Part shown: in pieces, positions 60,894 to 64,000 of the stretch
Layout: the number at the start of each line of letters is the position of its first letter
How positions within the stretch are numbered: the first letter of the stretch is position 1
Assembly: GCA_052426225.1 (NCBI GenBank)
Contig: JBNJNM010000011.1
Span: 434,001 to 498,000, forward strand
DNA from: Zancudomyces culisetae HAW-14-8
Taxonomy: Eukaryota > Fungi > Kickxellomycota
Reading direction: 5' to 3'
Length of the DNA: 64,000 nucleotides
The notes under the pieces: model-generated
Database searches by the model: none
What the model saw: only the letters and a program-made list of their open reading frames with translations
What the model was told of the DNA's origin: nothing
Made by a program: the position numbers and the translations under genes

Positions 60894-61803
60894 TTAGCCT
60901 AGATCGTGTTTGGCTTCCCAATCAAGATTAATTCTGGTCTCTGGAGGGGCATAGGTTTGGAGTTTTTCAAGAGCTTCATCTACTGTATCACAGAATATCA
61001 CAATCTCTCCATTCTTTTCGTTTAGGAAGCCGACTATTTATTTGTACATTTCCATTTATAAAAACCTATGAATGTTACCGTTATAATAGCTAAAGTTGTA
61101 TATTACATTTTATGGCATTTTCAATCTGCTTTTTCATGGGATCATAGTACCCGAGAATATTTAGAACGATTATCGGCTTCGAATGGATAGTCAATAGCGA
61201 CCTATAGATGAAAAGGTGTTATTAAAATAGGAAGCAAAGGTATAACCTTTTCTGGATATTGGTATTTTTGATTCAATATTACCATGTAGTCATTTCCATC
61301 AGTTCCTCAAAAGTACCGAAACCTCCCGGGAGAGTTATAAAGGCGCTACACTACTCAGGACACGGACAATAAGTAAGTAAGTAAGTATGTATGTATGTAT
61401 GTGTATTATTTATTGGTTTTAGGGTGTACAGATGTCACATCCTAAAGCAAAAATCCAGCACCAAATCAATATGTTTTCATTAGTTCTACTCCTTCCAGCT
61501 TCTTACCTTATCATTCATCATTCTTTTTCTGGTGTGCATATCCGGGACAACCACAGTTTCAATTTCCTTATTGCTCCCTTCAAAATCTATCAGGGCTCTA
61601 GGTATGATTCCAAGAACCTTTGCTCCGCTATTATGAGCCGAAGTTGAAACAATCCCCATGAGCCCGCGGTTTCCGCCTCCGTAGACGAGATTGAATCCTT
61701 TTTTATGCATCTTCTCTCCCAATTCAATCGCAGCATCCGCGAATTCTTTTTGGGATGGTGTTCTTGAGCCACAAAAAACGCATATGTATTCTCCCTCCTT
61801 CAT
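60894..61803 (-). CDS. LOG1: LOG-family nucleotide phosphoribohydrolase, 199 aa; complement(join(60894..61033,61107..61201,61283..61350,61507..61803))
   Basis: ICVFCGS, LVYGGG.GLMG, MHTRK, LPGGFGTFEELME, HSKP...GYYD motifs; three in-phase GT-AG introns. Confidence 0.93.
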
Positions 61804-64000
61804 TTTCTGCTTTTTACCTTCTTTTCAAGTTTGAACCTTAGGAAACTTTTTGATATTTTTTTCTTGAAGATTTTATTCCGATAGTTAAATATAACAAAAC
61901 TTTTACCTTTCTTTTTTGTGGGCATTTACATAATTATAATTGTAAAAATATGCAATTGGCTTTAAAAACCAAGGATAGGTGCATTTTTGTGAATAATGAC
62001 AAATAAAGAAAATCAAGACGCACAATCATGCTTTCAGTTGCAAAGCACAATCCTTGCTGGAAAGGCGTTTATGCATTTCCAACAGATCTTATATTTTAAA
62101 CAGAGAAAGCCTGCTTATAAACGATATTTTACCAAAAAACAGAATAGAATTAGCATTTTTAATGGTACCACGTTTTTTTGCCGAACAAGTAGCAGGATAG
62201 CAAAATATAGGATGTAGAGTGATAAAAGTTAAGATGTAAAATAATTAATAGGATACCATTCCCCAAAAATCATGCTGATGTCAAGAGATGTGTATGTTCC
62301 TTGCTCACAGGTAGCGCAAAGTATTTACTGTTCTTGTGTGTTACTCGAATATACCAAAAAATGACATTCATGGAGTTTTTTTATGACTTTGTAGCAATAG
62401 TCGCTGTTATTTACATCCAGTAATATTCTTAGAGCACTTGTAAGTAGAGCTGGTTGGGATGATCCAATGATTTTAGCATTTTATGCCCACAAAAGCGAAA
62501 GCTTGACAAGGGTGCAACATATCTTTATAGCATTTTGTCTAAACAGAAGTTAGATTGTTTTGAAAAGTAAAACAGGTATATATGAGAGTCGTTTCTTTAA
62601 CCTCAGATACCTTAGAGGAAGTAATGTTACACTGTACTTTTAGTGCTGTTGCTGGTAATACATGCAATATCAATTATGTATTTTTTTTGACCTTCTCGCT
62701 TACCAAACTTACCAGCTCACTTATGAATATCAAACCACACTAAGTTCGTTTTCGCATAAAAAACTCTCGATTTAGGTGGTTGAGAATTTGCATTCTTGAA
62801 TTTGCTCTTTTAAGCGGCTAAAGCATGGTCCTCCATTCATTTTACAAAATGCAGGGAATAAAACTGGAGATATGGGCGCAGAACCAAGAATTTTCGGCAT
62901 GAATCGCCTGGATTTTATGGTAATACAGGGACACAAGATTTGCTAGAGTTTAAAGATCACATCATGTATGAGTACGATCAATTTCTATCAGTTTTCTCGA
63001 AATAATCAATTTGGTTAAAATTAAATAAAAATTAAATAAAAATTAAAAATTGGAGTAAAAATATTTAGTGGGATGAAAAACATCTCAATATTTGATGCAG
63101 ATATATTTGTTTTCAGGTATCCAGTATTGAGCTTAATATCAGCAAGCTGGTGAGAAAATTCAGAAAAGACCTGTTAGTCGATTAAATTGCCGATACAATT
63201 AATGCATAAATGGCTAAACAGCTTTAATGATTTATAGCAATTTAGTAGTTTAGGTGGATGGTACACTCCGCTAAAAAAAAACTCTTTGATAAGTTTATGA
63301 TATATATCTTAGTAGCAACCCCCCCAAAAAAAACTCATTGGGATATGATTTAAACATCATTTGCTTCCCAGTGTTACTATTCTTTAATTTGGGACCGTAT
63401 CAGAATGAGTGTCCCAGTAGCACTTTCATATTTAGAAAATAATAATTACGTAAAACAACAATTCCCAATCTGAGATGCTTAGGCATTTACTCGTTAAAAT
63501 GGCTAATGAAATGCTAACTAATTGGACTGATGAGGAGATAGGAATCAAGCACCCATTATTTGTTCTTCCAACATAGAGCTCTGGTTTCCATAAACCGCCG
63601 ATGTGTAGACATAGCAGCATAACTAATGCTTTTAATAGAGTTGGTCAGTTCTATATAATCCCCTCCACGAATCCAAACATCTTCAATACAATTTCTTTTT
63701 ACTCTTTTGGTTCAGAATGACAGCTGGTTTTATTCACGCAGTTGTCAGCTGTATGTCAGCTGTTTTTAACTTACAATCGTAGTGGTTTGTATAGGAAAGC
63801 CCACTACCATTTAGTTTATGACGGTTACGTAACAACAGTGGTGTATCCCACCACTTGTCATAAAGGAAGCTGCTATGCCTTATCACAGCGAAGGTTCTAA
63901 ATTAGTATTGCTCACATGTTGACACATGGAGTTTTCATATATCTCATTCAAATAATTTTTTGCTCTCAATGTTGTACTCCTTTCCAAAAGCATTCTTTTA

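Noticed and set aside
60894-61803. LOG gene as evidence of a cytokinin or host-manipulation cluster
   Set aside because: LOG homologues are widespread in fungi and no isopentenyltransferase is nearby.
63432-63900. Possible coding fragment at the right edge
   Set aside because: Frames tried are interrupted and unrecognisable.
1-64000. CRISPR arrays, rRNA, snRNA/snoRNA, and the many small antisense or AT-rich ORFs in the track
   Set aside because: No repeat-spacer array or recognisable structural RNA other than the tRNA; the small ORFs are antisense shadows or low-complexity artefacts.

Overview
AT-rich eukaryotic genomic DNA, almost certainly fungal: short GT-AG introns, a fungal-type phosphofructokinase N-terminal domain and a stand-alone I9 inhibitor. 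An early-diverging fungus is my inference, not something the sequence proves. The first 10.5 kb is a seamless stack of four different LTR-retrotransposon insertions: the 3' part of one Ty3/gypsy element, two unrelated solo-LTR-like blocks and a complete Ty3/gypsy element with matching LTRs. They are joined only by 4-bp target-site duplications (AACA/AAAC) and end 8 nt upstream of a tRNA-Ile(AAT) gene. This looks like a multi-family, tRNA-gene-targeted integration system, and both integrases end in a shared short C-terminal motif that is a candidate targeting determinant. Downstream of the tRNA lie a ~900-bp imperfect palindrome built from a ~400-bp degenerate repeat unit and an AT-rich gene-free stretch. 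The rest holds host genes: a very large neurofibromin/Ira-like protein whose RasGAP catalytic arginines appear replaced by lysine, a secreted Tyr/Gly/Trp-tailed small protein, divergently paired enolase and phosphofructokinase, a small secreted protein, a Q/N-rich homeobox factor, proteasome alpha-6, a Puf3/PUM-type RNA-binding protein, an I9 protease inhibitor and a LOG-family hydrolase. Spliced models were built by hand. All alignments and identities were judged by eye.
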